A stretch of 64,000 bases of DNA from the human T2T-CHM13v2.0 reference genome, Homo sapiens. This document shows, in pieces, positions 1-15,059 of the stretch. Within the stretch, counting starts at the first letter, position 1. Each line of letters starts with the position of its first letter. A program made the translations under genes and the position numbers. The stretch lies in NCBI RefSeq assembly GCF_009914755.1, contig NC_060941.1. The stretch is one strand, 5' to 3'. The notes under the pieces are model-generated. The model saw nothing but the letters and a program-made list of their open reading frames with translations. It did not search any database and was not told the DNA's origin.

Positions 1-137
1 GGGACTACAGGCATGTACCACCACACCCGGCTAATTGTCGTATTTTTAGTAGAGGTGGGGTTTCACCACGTTGGCCAGGCTGGTCTTGAACTCCTGACCT
101 CAAGTGATCCACCTTCCTCAGCCTCCCAAAGTGCTAA
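1..137 (-). mobile_element. Alu (partial, cut by window edge)
   Basis: gggactacaggc...ctcccaaagtgct, antisense Alu. Confidence 0.9.
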
Positions 138-552
138 GAATCAGGAAATTTGAAGGCAAGTCGTTTGAAATCATCCAGTCAGGGAAGCAAAAAGTAAAAA
201 ACAAAATGGAAAAAAAAAAGTGAAGGCTTATGGCTTCATTTATGACTTGACTTATGGGGCACCGTCAAGCTGACCAATATACACATTCTGGGAGTCCTAG
301 AAAGAGAAAGAGAGAAAGGAGCAGAAAGCTTATTTATAGAAATAATGACCGAAAACTTAATAAACCTGGGGGGAGGAAAATGACATCCAAATACATGAAG
401 CCCAGTGAACCTGAACAGGATGAACCCAAAAGTCTGTACCAAAACACTTTATAATCAAAGTGTCAAAAGTCAAAGAAAACAATAGAAATTTGAAAACAGC
501 AAGATAAAAGCAACTTGTCATATACAAATGAAGTCCCATAAGACAGTCACTA

Positions 553-847
<295 letters not shown>

Positions 848-1761
848 TCAGGCGACATCTTGCATGCTGTAAGGAAGTGGGATGACATGTTTGAAGTGCT
901 GAAAGAAAAAAACCTGCCAGTGAAGGATATTATATCTGGTAAAGCCATCTATCAAAATGAATAAGAGGTAAAAACTTTTCCAGATAAGCAAAAGCTGAGG
1001 GACTTCACCACTAAACGTGCCTTACAAGATATGCTAAAGGAAGCCTGCTAAACAGCAACACAAAAGCATAAAGTTTGCTCGTGAAGTTAAAAGTGTACAC
1101 AAATACAGAATACTTTAATATAACAACAGTGATACATAAATAATGTTTAATTCTATACAGAAGTTAAAAGACAAAGTATGAAAATAACTATAATAGTATG
1201 TTAGTGGATACACTATATAAAAGGGTATAATTTGTGACTTTAATAATAAAATGTGATGGGAAAAGTAAAAGTGTAGAGTTTATACAACTGAAATGAATTT
1301 GTTAGCTGAAAATATTGTTATAACTATGTTTCATGTAAGACCCATGTAACCACAAAGGAAATATCTATAGAAGGTATACAAAAGAAAAATGAGAAAGGAA
1401 TCAAAGCATTTTTCTTCAAAAAATTAAAAAATGAAAAGCTTTTAAGACCAGCAACAAAGCAAGGATGTTCATTCTCACTACTTCTATTTAGCTTAGTACT
1501 AAGAATCCTAGCCAGACTATTAGGCAAGAAAATGAAATAAAAGGAATCCAAATTGAAAAAGAATAAAGTGAAATGATCTCTCTTTGCAGATGACATGATC
1601 TTTTATGTGGAAAACCCTAAAGATTGAAAAAAAACCTGTTAGGACTAATAAATCCAGTAAAGTTGCAGAATACAAAAATCAATGTACAACAATCACTTGC
1701 AATTCTATACACTAAAAACAACCAAAAGAGGAATGTAAGAAAACAATCCCATTTATAATAG

Positions 1762-2104
1762 TATGAATGAAGCTGGAAACCATCATTCTCAGCACACTAC
1801 CGCAAGGACAGAAAACCAAACATGGCATGTTCTCACTCATAGGTGAGAACTGAACAATGAGAACACTTGGACACAGGAAGGGGGACATCACACACCGGGG
1901 CCTGTTGTGGGGTGGGGGGAGAGGGGGGAGGGATAGCATTAGGAGATATACCTAATGTAAACGACAAGTTAATGGGTGCAGCACACTAACATGGGACATG
2001 TATACATATGTAACAAACCTGCACGTTGTGCACATGTACCCTAGAACTTAAAGTATAATAATAAAAATAAAAATTAAAATAAAAAAACTCAAACCAGGGA
2101 AAAA
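1762..2104 (+). mobile_element. 5'-truncated L1PA 3' end nested in the older L1
   Basis: gaagctggaaaccatcattctcagc...cctagaacttaaagtataataataaaaa; flanked by aatag at 1757-1761 and 2105-2109. Confidence 0.9.
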
Positions 2105-2255
2105 AATAGCATCAAAAATAATAAAATACCTAGGAATAAACAACTAAGGAGGCAAAAAACCTGTACACTGGAAATTATAAAACATTGCTGAAAAACAGTA
2201 AAGATAACACAAATAAATGGAAAGATATCCCATGTTCACAGATTGGAACACCTAA

Positions 2256-2576
<321 letters not shown>

Positions 2577-2818
2577 GCAATCTAAATTCATATGGAACCA
2601 CAAAGGACCACAAATAGGCAAAAGAACCTTGAGAAAAATGATAAAAGCTGCAGGCATCATACCTCCCGATTATAAAATACATTACACAGCTGTAGTAGTC
2701 AAAAAAGTATGGTACTGGCATAAAGAGAACCATATAAGCCAATGGAACATAATAGAGAGCTCAGAAGCAGATCCACACATATATGGTCAGCGGATCTTCA
2801 ACAGGGTGTCATTGGGGA

Positions 2819-3068
2819 TTGATATGCTTTGGTTATTTGTTTCCTCCAAAGCTCATGTTGAAATGTGTTCCCCCATGTCATAGGTGGGGCCTAGTGGGAG
2901 GTATGTGGGTCATGGGGACAGAACCCTCATGAAAGGCTTGGTGCTATGATTGTAGACTTTCTGAGGTCCTCATTAGAAGCAGATGCTGATGCCATGATTC
3001 TTGTGCAGCCTGCAGAACCATAAGCCAAATAAATCTCTTATCTTTATAAATTATCCAGTCTTGGTATT
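2819..3068 (+). mobile_element. MST (MaLR) LTR, internally deleted
   Basis: tgatatgctttgg...ctcatgttgaaat...cagcctgcagaaccataagccaaataaa. Confidence 0.8.
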
Positions 3069-4181
3069 GGCAATGATTGTTTGGATATGACACCAAAAAC
3101 ACAGGCAATAAAAGCAAAATTAGACAAGGAAGACCATGTTAAACTAAAAAACTTCTGTGCAGCAAAGTAAATAATCAGCAGAGTCAAAAGGCAGCCTATA
3201 GAATGGGAGAAAATAATTTGCAACGCATATATCTGATAAAGAGTTAATCCCCAAAATATATAAGAAACTCCTATATCTCAATAGAAAAAACAAACAAAAA
3301 AACACACCAAAAACCAAACCAAAAAAACAGATATGCAAAGAAATCCAAATAACCCAATTAAAAAATGAGCAAATGAAAAGATGTTTCTCCAAAGAAGACA
3401 TATGATTTGGCCAACAGGTATAGAAAAGATGCTTAACATCCCTATTCATCAGAGAAATGCAAATCAAATCCACACTGTGCTATCACATTATACCTGCTAG
3501 GAGAGCCATTATGAAATTTTAAAAAGAAAAAGAAGAAAAAAGGAAATAAGCATTAGGGAGGATATGGAGAAACTGGAACCCTTGTGTGCTATTGGTGGGA
3601 ATGTTAAATGGTGCAGTTGCTATGAAGAACAGTATCAAATCAAAAAATTAAACTTAGAACTATGATGATTCGCCAAATCCTACGCTTGGTATTTGTTCAA
3701 AAAAATTGAAATCAGCATCTTGAAGAGATATCTGCATTCCCATGTCCATTGCAGCATTGTTCCCAATATCCATGAGGGGGAAACAACCTAAATGTCTACT
3801 GACAGATGAATGGATAAAGAAAATATGGTATAATGTATACATAAAATAAAATATTAAGCAGTCATTGAAAAGAAGGAAATCCTGCAACATAGATGAACCT
3901 TGAGGACATTATGCTAACTGAAATAAGCCAGTTACAGAAGGACAAATACTGCATAATTCAATTTATATGAGGTATCCAAAACAGTCAAACTAATAGAAGC
4001 AGAAAGTATAGCGGTGGTTGTCAGTGGACAGGGGGGAGAGGGACATGGGGCATTGCTGTTCAGTTGGTGTTAAGTTTCAGTTATGTAAGATTTAAAAGTT
4101 CTAGATATCTGCTGTGAAATACTGTGCTTATAGTTAACAATATTGTACTGTGCACTTAATAAGATAGTAGAGCTCATGTTA

Positions 4182-4364
<183 letters not shown>

Positions 4365-7300
4365 TTATAACATCGGAAATAAATCCAGTTTTCCAGTGGG
4401 ACAGACAGAAAATTGGAAAAAAATCAATTTTATAGATTCCTTTAAACAATTTGTTATTATCAGAAAAGTTACAGAAGCTATCCAACACAATGTAACAAAC
4501 TAGATGTATTAAAAATTCCCTACTTTTTCCAAATACAGATAACTTGCATCCAAAATGTTGTATTTTATTTTGCACTCAAGAAAATTATAGAAAATATATT
4601 CTAAGATCTTTCTTAGCCACATAGACTGTTTTCTTTTTTTTACCTTAAGTATTATAAATAATTGTAAAGGTCCTTTTTACTAGTTTGATGAGAGTTTTAA
4701 ATCATGAATAAACATTTAATTTTGTCAAAAATATTCTAAAATTCAATTGACATAACATGTAGTTTTTCTTCTTTTGACTGTTAATATGGTAGATTACACT
4801 GGTTCATTTTCAAACACTGAATCATCCTTGCATTCCTAGTCATGGTGTATTATTCTTTTTATAGATTGTTGGATTCAATTTGCTAGTTTAAAAAAACACA
4901 TTAAAAATAAAAACATACTTTTTAATAATTATTAAACAATTTTAAAGTGCACAATGCAATGGTTTGTGGTATATTTACAAGGCTGTATAACCTATACCAC
5001 TTATCTATCCCAGAACATTTTCACCACCCCAAAAAGAAACCCTGTGCCCACTAATTGTTACTCCAAATTATCCCAATTATTCCCCATTACCTCTGGCAAC
5101 CACTAATCTTTCTGTCCTTAGAGAGTTGCCAATTCTGGACATTTCATTTAACGGGAATCAGACAATATGTAGCATTTTGTATCTGGCATATTTCACTGAA
5201 CATGATGTTTTCAAGATTCACTCATATTGTATCATTTCTCAGTACTTCATTTATAAGTTAATGTTTCCACTTTTTGGCTAGTATGAATAATACTGCTATT
5301 AAACATTTGGGTACAAGTTTTTATATGAATACATGTTTTTTATTCTCTTGGGCATACACCTAGAAGTGGAATTGGGGAGTCATATAGTAATTCTATGTTT
5401 AACTTTTTCAAACACTGCCATACTGTTTTCCAAAGCAGCTGCACATTTTACATTCCCACCACCTACGTACAAGGGTTCCAAAATCTCCACATCCTCACCA
5501 TCATTTGTTATTGTATACCCTTCTAAAAATATATCTACCCTAGAAAGTGTGAAATAATATTTCATTATGGCTTTGATTTGCATTTCCCTAACAACCAATG
5601 ATGTTGAACATCATTTTTTACGTGCTTACTGGCCATTTGTGTATCCTTTTTTGGAGAAGTCTGTTCAAATTATTGGTCCATTTTTAATGGCCCATTTTGT
5701 CTTTTTATTATTAAGTTGTAAGAGTTCTTTATATATTCTGGATACTAGATCCTGCTACACATGATTTACAAATATTTTCTCCATATGTGAGTTGTCTTTT
5801 CCATTTCTTGATACTGTCCTTTGAAGAATAAAAATTTGAACTGTAACAAAGTCCAATTTATCTGCTTTTTCTTTGGTTGCTTGTGCTTCTGATAGCAGAT
5901 CTAAGAAACTATTGCCTAATACAAGGTCAAGAAAATTTATACCTCTGTTTTTGCCTTTTTCTGTCTTTGATCCACTTTGAGTTAACTTTTGTATATGGTG
6001 TGAGGTAGGAGTCTAATTTCATTATTTGCACAGATATCCAGTTGTCCCAACACCATCTGTTGAAAAGACTATTCTTTCTTTGAGTTGTCTTGGCACTCTT
6101 GTCAAAAACCAGTTCACTGTAGATGTATGAATTTGTTTATGGACCCTCAATTCTACCCATTGATCTATACATCTGTCTTTATGCCAGTACAACATAGTCT
6201 TGATTATTGTAGCTTTGTAGTAAGTTTGAAATAGAAAACTGTTTGTTCTCCTAGTATGTTCTTCTTTTTCAAGATTGTTTTGACTATTCTGGGTTCCTTG
6301 CTTTTCCATAATAATTTTAGAATCAGCTTCTCAATTCCTGCCAGAAAGTCAGCTGGGATTTTGATTAGTATTGTATTTAACCTCTATATCAATATAGGGG
6401 AGTGTTGATATCCTAATGATAAGTCTTCTAATCCATGAACGTGGGATTCTTTCCATTTATTTAGAATTTTCTTTCAATAATGTCTTGCAGTTTTCAGTAT
6501 ACAGATCTTTCATCTCCTTAGTTAAGTATATTTCTAAGTATTTTCTTCTTTCTGATGTTATTTTAAATGGTATTTTTTAAGTTCATTTTTAGATTTTTGG
6601 CTGCTAGTGAATAAAAATGTCATTGATTTTTTAATATTGGTCTTGTAACCTGAAACCTTGCTGAACCTATCAGTTCTGTTATTTTAAAAATGGATTTCTT
6701 AGAATTTTCTTAGAATGTAATATATCATTTGCAAATAAAAATAGTTCTGCTTCCTCCTTTCCAATCTGTATACCTTTCTTTCTTCTTCTTGTCTCACTGC
6801 CCTGGTTAGAACCTCCAATACAATATTGAATAGAAGTGGTAAGAGTGAAAATCACTGTCGTGATCTTGAACTTAGGAAAAACATTTCAGTCTTTTAAGAT
6901 TAAGTATGATGTTAGCTGTGAGCTTTTAATAGATGACCTCATTAAAGCTAAGTAAGTAACCTTATATTCCCACTTTGTTGAGTATTTTCATCATGAAAAT
7001 GTGTTGAATACTGTTTTATGCTTTTTTTTTTTTTGCATCTTGAGAAGATCGTGTGGTTTTGGTCTTCTTTTAATATGGTGTATTACATTAATTGATTTTA
7101 TAAAGCATGTTGAACCAGTCTTGGATTGCTGGGATACATCTTACTTGGTCATGGTGTATAATCCTTTTAGTATGTTGCTGATTCTGTCAATGGCTTTTAT
7201 TTCTATAGTCATATGAAATATTGCTGTACAATCTTCTTTTCTCGTAATGTATTTTACTTGTTTTAGTATCAGGTAATACTGGCCACATAGAATGAGTTGG

Positions 7301-7399
7301 TAAATATTTCTCTCCCATTTTTTGCTAGAGTTAATGAAAGATTAATGCAAATTCTTCTGTAAATTTTTGGTAGAATTCACCAGTGAAGCCATTTGATCA

Positions 7400-8192
<793 letters not shown>

Positions 8193-8627
8193 CTATTTCT
8201 TCTTGATATATTCTCAGTATTTTGTGTCTATCTATGAATTTGTCCATTTAATCTAAGTTATTTGTCATCACACAATTTTTGAAGGTATTCTCTTATAATC
8301 CTTTGTATTTCTGTAAGGTAGTAACATCCCCTCTTTCATTTCTAATTTTAGTGAATTAGAACTTCTCTGTATTTTCTTTGGTCAGTCTTGGTACAGGTCT
8401 GTCAATTTTGTTGATCTTTTCAACAAATCAACTTTTGTTACCTTGGTTATTCTCTACTGTTCTTTGAATTCTCTATTTCATTTATTTCCTTTTTAATTTC
8501 TAGTATTTCCTTTAATTGCCTCGCTTTGGGTTTAGTTTGCTCTTTTTTTTTTCCTAATTCCTTAAGGAGGAAGGTTAGATTATTGATTCCAGATGTTTAT
8601 TCTTTTAAAATACAGATGTTTACAGTA

Positions 8628-8920
<293 letters not shown>

Positions 8921-9509
8921 TAGATGTTTACAGCTTTTTTAAGTTTCCCTGGGAGTAGTACTTTCACTGTGTCCCCAAAATTTTGGGACATTGTTTCCAT
9001 TTTCATTTATCACAATGTATTTTTCAATTTTTCTTCTGATTTCTTCTTTGACCCACTGGTTGTTTAAAAGTATATCATTGAATTTCCATGTATTTGTGAG
9101 TTTTCCATTTTTCCTCCCATTATTGATTTCTGGTTTATTTCATTGTAGTCAGAAATAATACTTGTAATGATTTCAACCTCTTAACATTTATGGAACCTTA
9201 TATTTTATGGATGAACGGATGGCCTATCCTGAAGAACATGCCATGTTCACTTGAGCAGAATGCGTATTTTCCTGTTGTTGGGTGAAGTGTGCTACAGATG
9301 TCTGTTAGGTTTGTTTGTAGTTGTTGGTTTGTAGTTTTGTTCAAGGCTTTTATTTTCTGTTGATTTTCCTTCTAGTTGTTCTACCCATTATTGAGCAGGG
9401 TATGGAAGTCTCCAAGTATTACTAAATTATTGATTTCTGATGCTTTTTGCTAGATGTGTTTTGGGGCCTTTTTGTTAACTTTGTATGTTTATAATTGCAT
9501 ATTTAGACT

Positions 9510-9812
9510 TGTTATTTTTTTTTATTTTTTATTTTTATTTTTTTTTGAGACAGGGTCTTACTCCAGTTGCCCAGGCTGGAGTGAAGTAGTGAGGTCATGG
9601 CTTACTGCAGCCTCAACTTCCTGGGCTCAGGTGATTCTCCCACATCAGTCTCCTGAATAGCTGGGATTATAGGCACACGCCACTACACCTGGCTAATTTT
9701 TTTGTACTTTTAGTAGAGACAGGGTTTCATCATGTTACCTAGGCTAGTCTTGAACTCCTAAGCTCAAGCGATCTGCCCACCTCAGCCTCCCAAAGTGCTG
9801 GGATTGCAGGCA
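9510..9812 (-). mobile_element. AluJ-like
   Basis: gagacagggtctt...ctcaagcgatctgccc. Confidence 0.88.
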
Positions 9813-10432
9813 GAATGGCACTTTTATCATTATAAAATGTTAATTGTTTCTATTAACTTTTTTTTGTCTTAAGGGTCTATTTTATCTGATATTAGTATAA
9901 CCAAACCAGCTCTCTTTTGTTTACTATTTGCATGGTATGTCTTTTCCCATCATTTTATTTTCAACCTATTTGTGTTTTTTAAACTAGTGTTTCTCTTGCA
10001 GACAGCATATATCACATTGTTTTCAATCCATTCAGCCAAACTTTGCCTTTAGATTGGAGTATTTAATCCATTTACATTTAATGTAATTACTGATAAGGTA
10101 GGATTTACTCAGCTATTTTGTAAAATACTCACTTTGCTATTTGCTTTCTATATGCCTTACGTATTTTGTTCTTCTGTCTTTCCATTACTTTCCATTTTCT
10201 CCAATAGACACTTTCCAGTATATAATTTTAATTCTCTTGTCATTTACATTACTATATTTTCTTATTTTTATTAGTGGTTGAAGAGTATAATAAACATATC
10301 AACCAGTAATAAACTAGTCAGGAAAATTGCCAACTTAATTTCAATAGTACAAAAAAATGGTCCTTCTGTTCCCTCATCTGTCACCTTTGGGTTGTTATTG
10401 TCATATAAATTATATCTTTAAACATTGTATGC

Positions 10433-10975
10433 TGGTGCAGAAGAATTAACATTGTAGGTTGGATTGTTTACCCCTAGAAAGGTCTGTTTAAAGGTGTTCC
10501 TGGGCTGATGAATGAAAACTTAGATTCAGGAGGGTACCTGTGATTGACTGATAAGAGTGTCTCACTGTGCCTGAACTGTTTGAGTAAACAATATATTAAT
10601 GCTGAATACTCATTCTCCTTTTGAGAGTCTAGTCTTCTGGAAACTGCTAGGCAGAGGCTGCCTATATGACCAGCCCCAGTAAAATCCCTGGGTGCTAATG
10701 AGTTCCTCTGATTGGAAATATTTGACACATGTTGCCACAACTCATTGCTCGGGGAAGTGTGTCCTGTGTAACTGCACTGGGAGAGGACACTTGGAAGCTT
10801 AAGACTGGCTCCCTAGACTTTGTCCCATGCACATGTTTTGTTCTCTTTGCTGACTGTGCTTGGTGTCGTTTCACTGTAATAAATCCTAGCCATGTATACA
10901 GTTATATCCTGAGGCTATCTAACTGTTCCAAGTGAATTGCTGAACCTGAAGGTGGTCTTGGCAACCCACAAGACA
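10433..10975 (+). mobile_element. Solo ERVL LTR (MER68-like)
   Basis: About 540 bp: tgcagaagaattaacat...ctgataagagtgtctcactgtgcct...gtaataaatc...gtggtcttggcaacccacaagaca; inserted in L1M. Confidence 0.8.
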
Positions 10976-13061
10976 ATCACCACAGATTTACAATTATTGT
11001 TTTATGCAGTTGCTCTTTTAAAAAATCAAGAGTAAAAGAATTATAAGCAAGAAGTACCTTTATATTAACTTTTACATTTACGTATGTCGTTAACTTTGTG
11101 GGTATTCTTTATTTCATCGTGTGCATCTGACTTACTTCCTAATATCCTTTCATTTCAGCCTGAAAGACTCCTTTTAGTATTTCTCGTAGGACAAGTTTGC
11201 TACAGAGTAATTCTCTTGGTTTTTGTTTATTTGGGAATGTCTTAATTTTTACCTTATTTCTGAAGGACAGTTTTGTTAGATATAGTATTCTTGGTTGACA
11301 GTCATTTTCTTTCAGCACTTTGAACATGTCAATTAACTGCTTCCTGGTCTGGAGGATGTTTTGTATATGATGAGTTATTTCTCTCTTGCCGCTTTCTAGA
11401 TTCTGTCTTCTGGCTGTTTGATTTCAACCATCTAGATAGGAATCTCCCTGAGTTCATCCTACTTGGAGTTCGCTTATCTTCTTGGATGTATAAATTAACG
11501 TTTTTCATCAAATTCGGAACGTTTTCAGCCATAATTTCTTTAAATATTCTTTCTATTCTTTTTTCTCTCCTCTCCTTCTGGGACTCCAAATATGCATATG
11601 TTGGTACGCTTGATGAGGTTTTACAGGTCTCTGAGATTATGCTAGTTGTTCTTCATTCTTTTTCTTTCTGTTCTTCAGAGTAAATAATCTCAATTGATGT
11701 TTAAGTAAATCAATTCTTTCTTCTGCCTTCTTAAATCTGCTGTTGGGCCCCTGTAATGAATATTTCATTTTAGCTATTATACTTTCCAACTCCAGAATTT
11801 CCATTAGGTTTTTGTTAAGCAAATTTTATCTCTTTATTGATATTCCCTATTTAGTGAGGTGAGACATCATTCTCACAGTTTTTGACACAGTTTGCTTAGT
11901 TATTGAATGTATTTGAACTAGCTTTCTCTCCTAAGGCATAGCTTTGTCTACTAAGACAAATGTCTGGGTTTCCTCAGGGAGAGTTTCTATTATTTTTTTC
12001 TCTTAGTTATACTTTCTTTGTTATGTGTCATGATTTTTGTTGAAAACAGTACATTTTAAATAATATAATGTGGCAAATATAGAAATCGGATTATTCTCCC
12101 TCTTCAAGGTTTTTTGTTCTTGTAATTTTTCTAAAATAATCTTGTAAAGTCTGTATTGTCATGTGTGGTCATTGAAGACTGCTCGATTAACTTAGTAGTC
12201 AGCTAATAATTAGACAGAGATTTCCTTAAATGTCTAGAACCATCATGTCTCCCATTCTTTGCCAAGAGTCTCTGCATATATTGGGGCATAATTTCAATCC
12301 TCAGCACTGTAGGTAATAACTCTGATCTTGTTTTCACTTCCTGCTTCAGCAGAGCACCAAGGTGATAGCTTAGGGCCTTTTCAGGTCTTTTCTTAGCATG
12401 TCCACATCACTGGTCACATGCACTCTCCTACACATATGCATGGCCCACTAAAATCCCAGGAATATGTCAGAACTTTAAAAGCTCTCTATGGACATTGCAT
12501 TCCTCAGCTTTTCTCTTTACATTTTTTGGCTAGCCTCTCACTTGCCCCAAATGTCATTCATTGTCTCAGGCAACTGTGAAGTTAAACAGCTGGCTGGGTG
12601 AGCTCTGAGTCAGGTCAAATAAAGATAGCCTTGTGAGTGGGGTCTTCCAGGAAACTCCCAGGTAGGTCACATAATTCTCTGGAAATGTACTCCAGACCTG
12701 TTTTGCTCCCTCCAATGACTGTCAGGTTGTTGGCTTTCCTCACGATTTCAGGCTATTGGTTTTTAAGGCTATTGTGAACTTGGAGAGAGGTGAGAACAGA
12801 GCAAGTTAAAATACCACAAAGCTTACTGTTCTTACTGCAATTCAGCTATTTTTAAGGAGTAAATTCTTCCTAGAATGCTGTAACTTTTGGTTAATACCCA
12901 GAGTTTTGATAAAGTTGCTTCTAACTTATTTTTGCCTATTTTCTCATTGCTTTTAGAAATTTCAGAGGTCTTTGTTCTGCCATTTTTGAGGACCTTACCC
13001 AATTTGCTGGCACTCTGTTGAGGACATCTTCATCTATGTTTCAGAGGGATATTGATCTATA

Positions 13062-13086
13062 GTTGTTGTTGTTGTTGTTGTTGTTT
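13062..13086. repeat. (TTG)n microsatellite at the L1PA tail
   Basis: gttgttgttgttgttgttgttgtt. Confidence 0.85.
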
Positions 13087-15030
13087 TAACTTTTATTTTA
13101 GTTTCAGGAATACATGTGCAGGTTTGTTATAGAGGCAGATTGCATGTCATGGTGATTTGTTGTGACAAATTAGGACCGATTATTTTGTCACCCAGGTAAA
13201 AAGCAGCATAGTATCCAACAGGTAGTTTTCCTTGAATGGTAGCTCAACTCTTAGTTCAAACAGCTTAATTTTAAGCTCTCCACCCTCAAGTAGGCCCTGG
13301 TGTCTGTTGTTCCCTTCTCTGTCCACATATACTCAATGTTTAGCTCCCGTGTATAAGTGAGAACATGTGGTATTTGGTTTTCTGTTCCTCCGTTAGTTCA
13401 TTTAGAATAATGGCTTCCAGCTCCATCCATGTTGCTGCAAAGGACATGATCTTACTCTTTTTTATGGTTACATAGTATTCCATTGTGTATATGTACCACA
13501 TTTTCTTAATCCAGTCTACTATCAATAGGCATTTAGGTTGATTCCACGTCTTTGCTACTGTGAATAGTGCTGTGATAAACATACAGATACATATGTCTTT
13601 ATGGGAGAATGACTCACATTCCTTTGGGTATACACCCAATAATGGAATTGTTGGGTTGAACAGTATTCTGCTTTAACTTCTTTCAGAAATCAACAAACTG
13701 CTTTCCACAGTGGCTGAACTAATTTACATTCCCACCAGCAGTACATATGTGGTCCTTTTTCTCTGTAACCTTGCGAGCATCTGTTCTTTTTTTTTTTTTT
13801 TTTTTGACTTTTTAACGATAGCCATTCTGACTAGTGCGAGATGTTATCTCATTGTGTATGTATGTGTTTTTTTGTTTTTGTTTGTTTGTTTGTTTTGAGA
13901 CAGAGTCTCACTCTATTGCCCAGGCTGAAGTGCAGTGGCACAATCCCAACTCACTGCAAACTCCACCTCCCGGGTTCAAACGATTCTCCTGCTTAGCCTC
14001 CCAAGTAGCTGGAATTACAGGTGTGCGCCACAACACCCACCTAATTTTTGTATTTTTAGTAGAGATGGGGTTTTGCCATGTTGGGCAGAGTGGTCTTCAA
14101 CTCCTGACCTCAAGTGACCTGCCCGCCTTGACCTCCCAGTGCTGAGATTATAGGCGTGAGCCACCACGCCCAGCCACATTGTGGTTTTGATTTGCATTTC
14201 TCTAATGATAGTGTGTTGAACATTTTTTCATATGCTTCTTGGCCACATGCATGTCTCCTTTTGAGAAATGTCTGTTCATGTCCTTTGGCCACTTTTTAAT
14301 GGGGTTGTTTTTTGCTTGTCAATTTAAGTTCCTTATGGATTCTGGATATTAGACGTTTGTAAGATGCATAGTTTGCAAACATTTTCTCGCATTCTGTGGT
14401 TTGTCTTTACTCTGCTGATAGTTTCTTTTGCTGTGCAGAAGCTCTTAAGTTTAATTAAGTCCCATTCGTCGATTTTGTTTTTGTTGCAATTGCTTTTGGT
14501 GTCTTCATGATGAAATCTTTGCTAGAGCCTATGTCCAGAATGATATTTCCTAGGTTTTCTTCAAGGGTTTTTAGTTTAAGGTTTTACATTTAAGTCTTTA
14601 ATTCACCCTGAGGTGGTTGTTGTATATAGTGTAAGGAAGGGGGTCCAGTTTCAATCTTCTGCTTACGGCTAGCCAGTTAGGTCCCACTTGTCAATTTTTG
14701 TTTTGTTGCAATTGCTTTTGAGGACTTAGTCACAAATTCTTTGCCAAATCTGATGTTTAGAACAGTATTTCCTAGGTTTTCTTCTAGGATTTTTATAGTT
14801 TGAGGTCTTACACTTAAATCTTTAATCCATCTTGAGTTAATTTTAATCCATCTTGAGTTGATTTTTGTATATGGTAAAAGGTAGGGGGTGCAGTTTCATT
14901 CTTTTGCATACAGCAAGCCAGTTACTCCAGCACCATTTATTGAACAAGGAGTCCTTTCCCCATTGTTTATTTTTGCTAATTTTGTCAAAGATCAGATGGT
15001 TGTAGGTGTGCAGTTTTATTTTTAGGCTCT
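13087..15030 (-). mobile_element. Old L1PA (about PA13-16) 3' UTR and ORF2 end, chimeric at about 14678, with an AluS at 13868-14175
   Basis: ORF 13340..13639 is the L1 ORF2 C-terminus (KTWNQPKC...WIKKMWYIYTMEYY). Confidence 0.88.
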
Positions 15031-15059
15031 TATAGTTTTCTTTTTTCCCCCTTTTCCTT

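Noticed and set aside
11139-13639. Functional L1 ORF1/ORF2
   Set aside because: Short, frameshifted relics of old elements.
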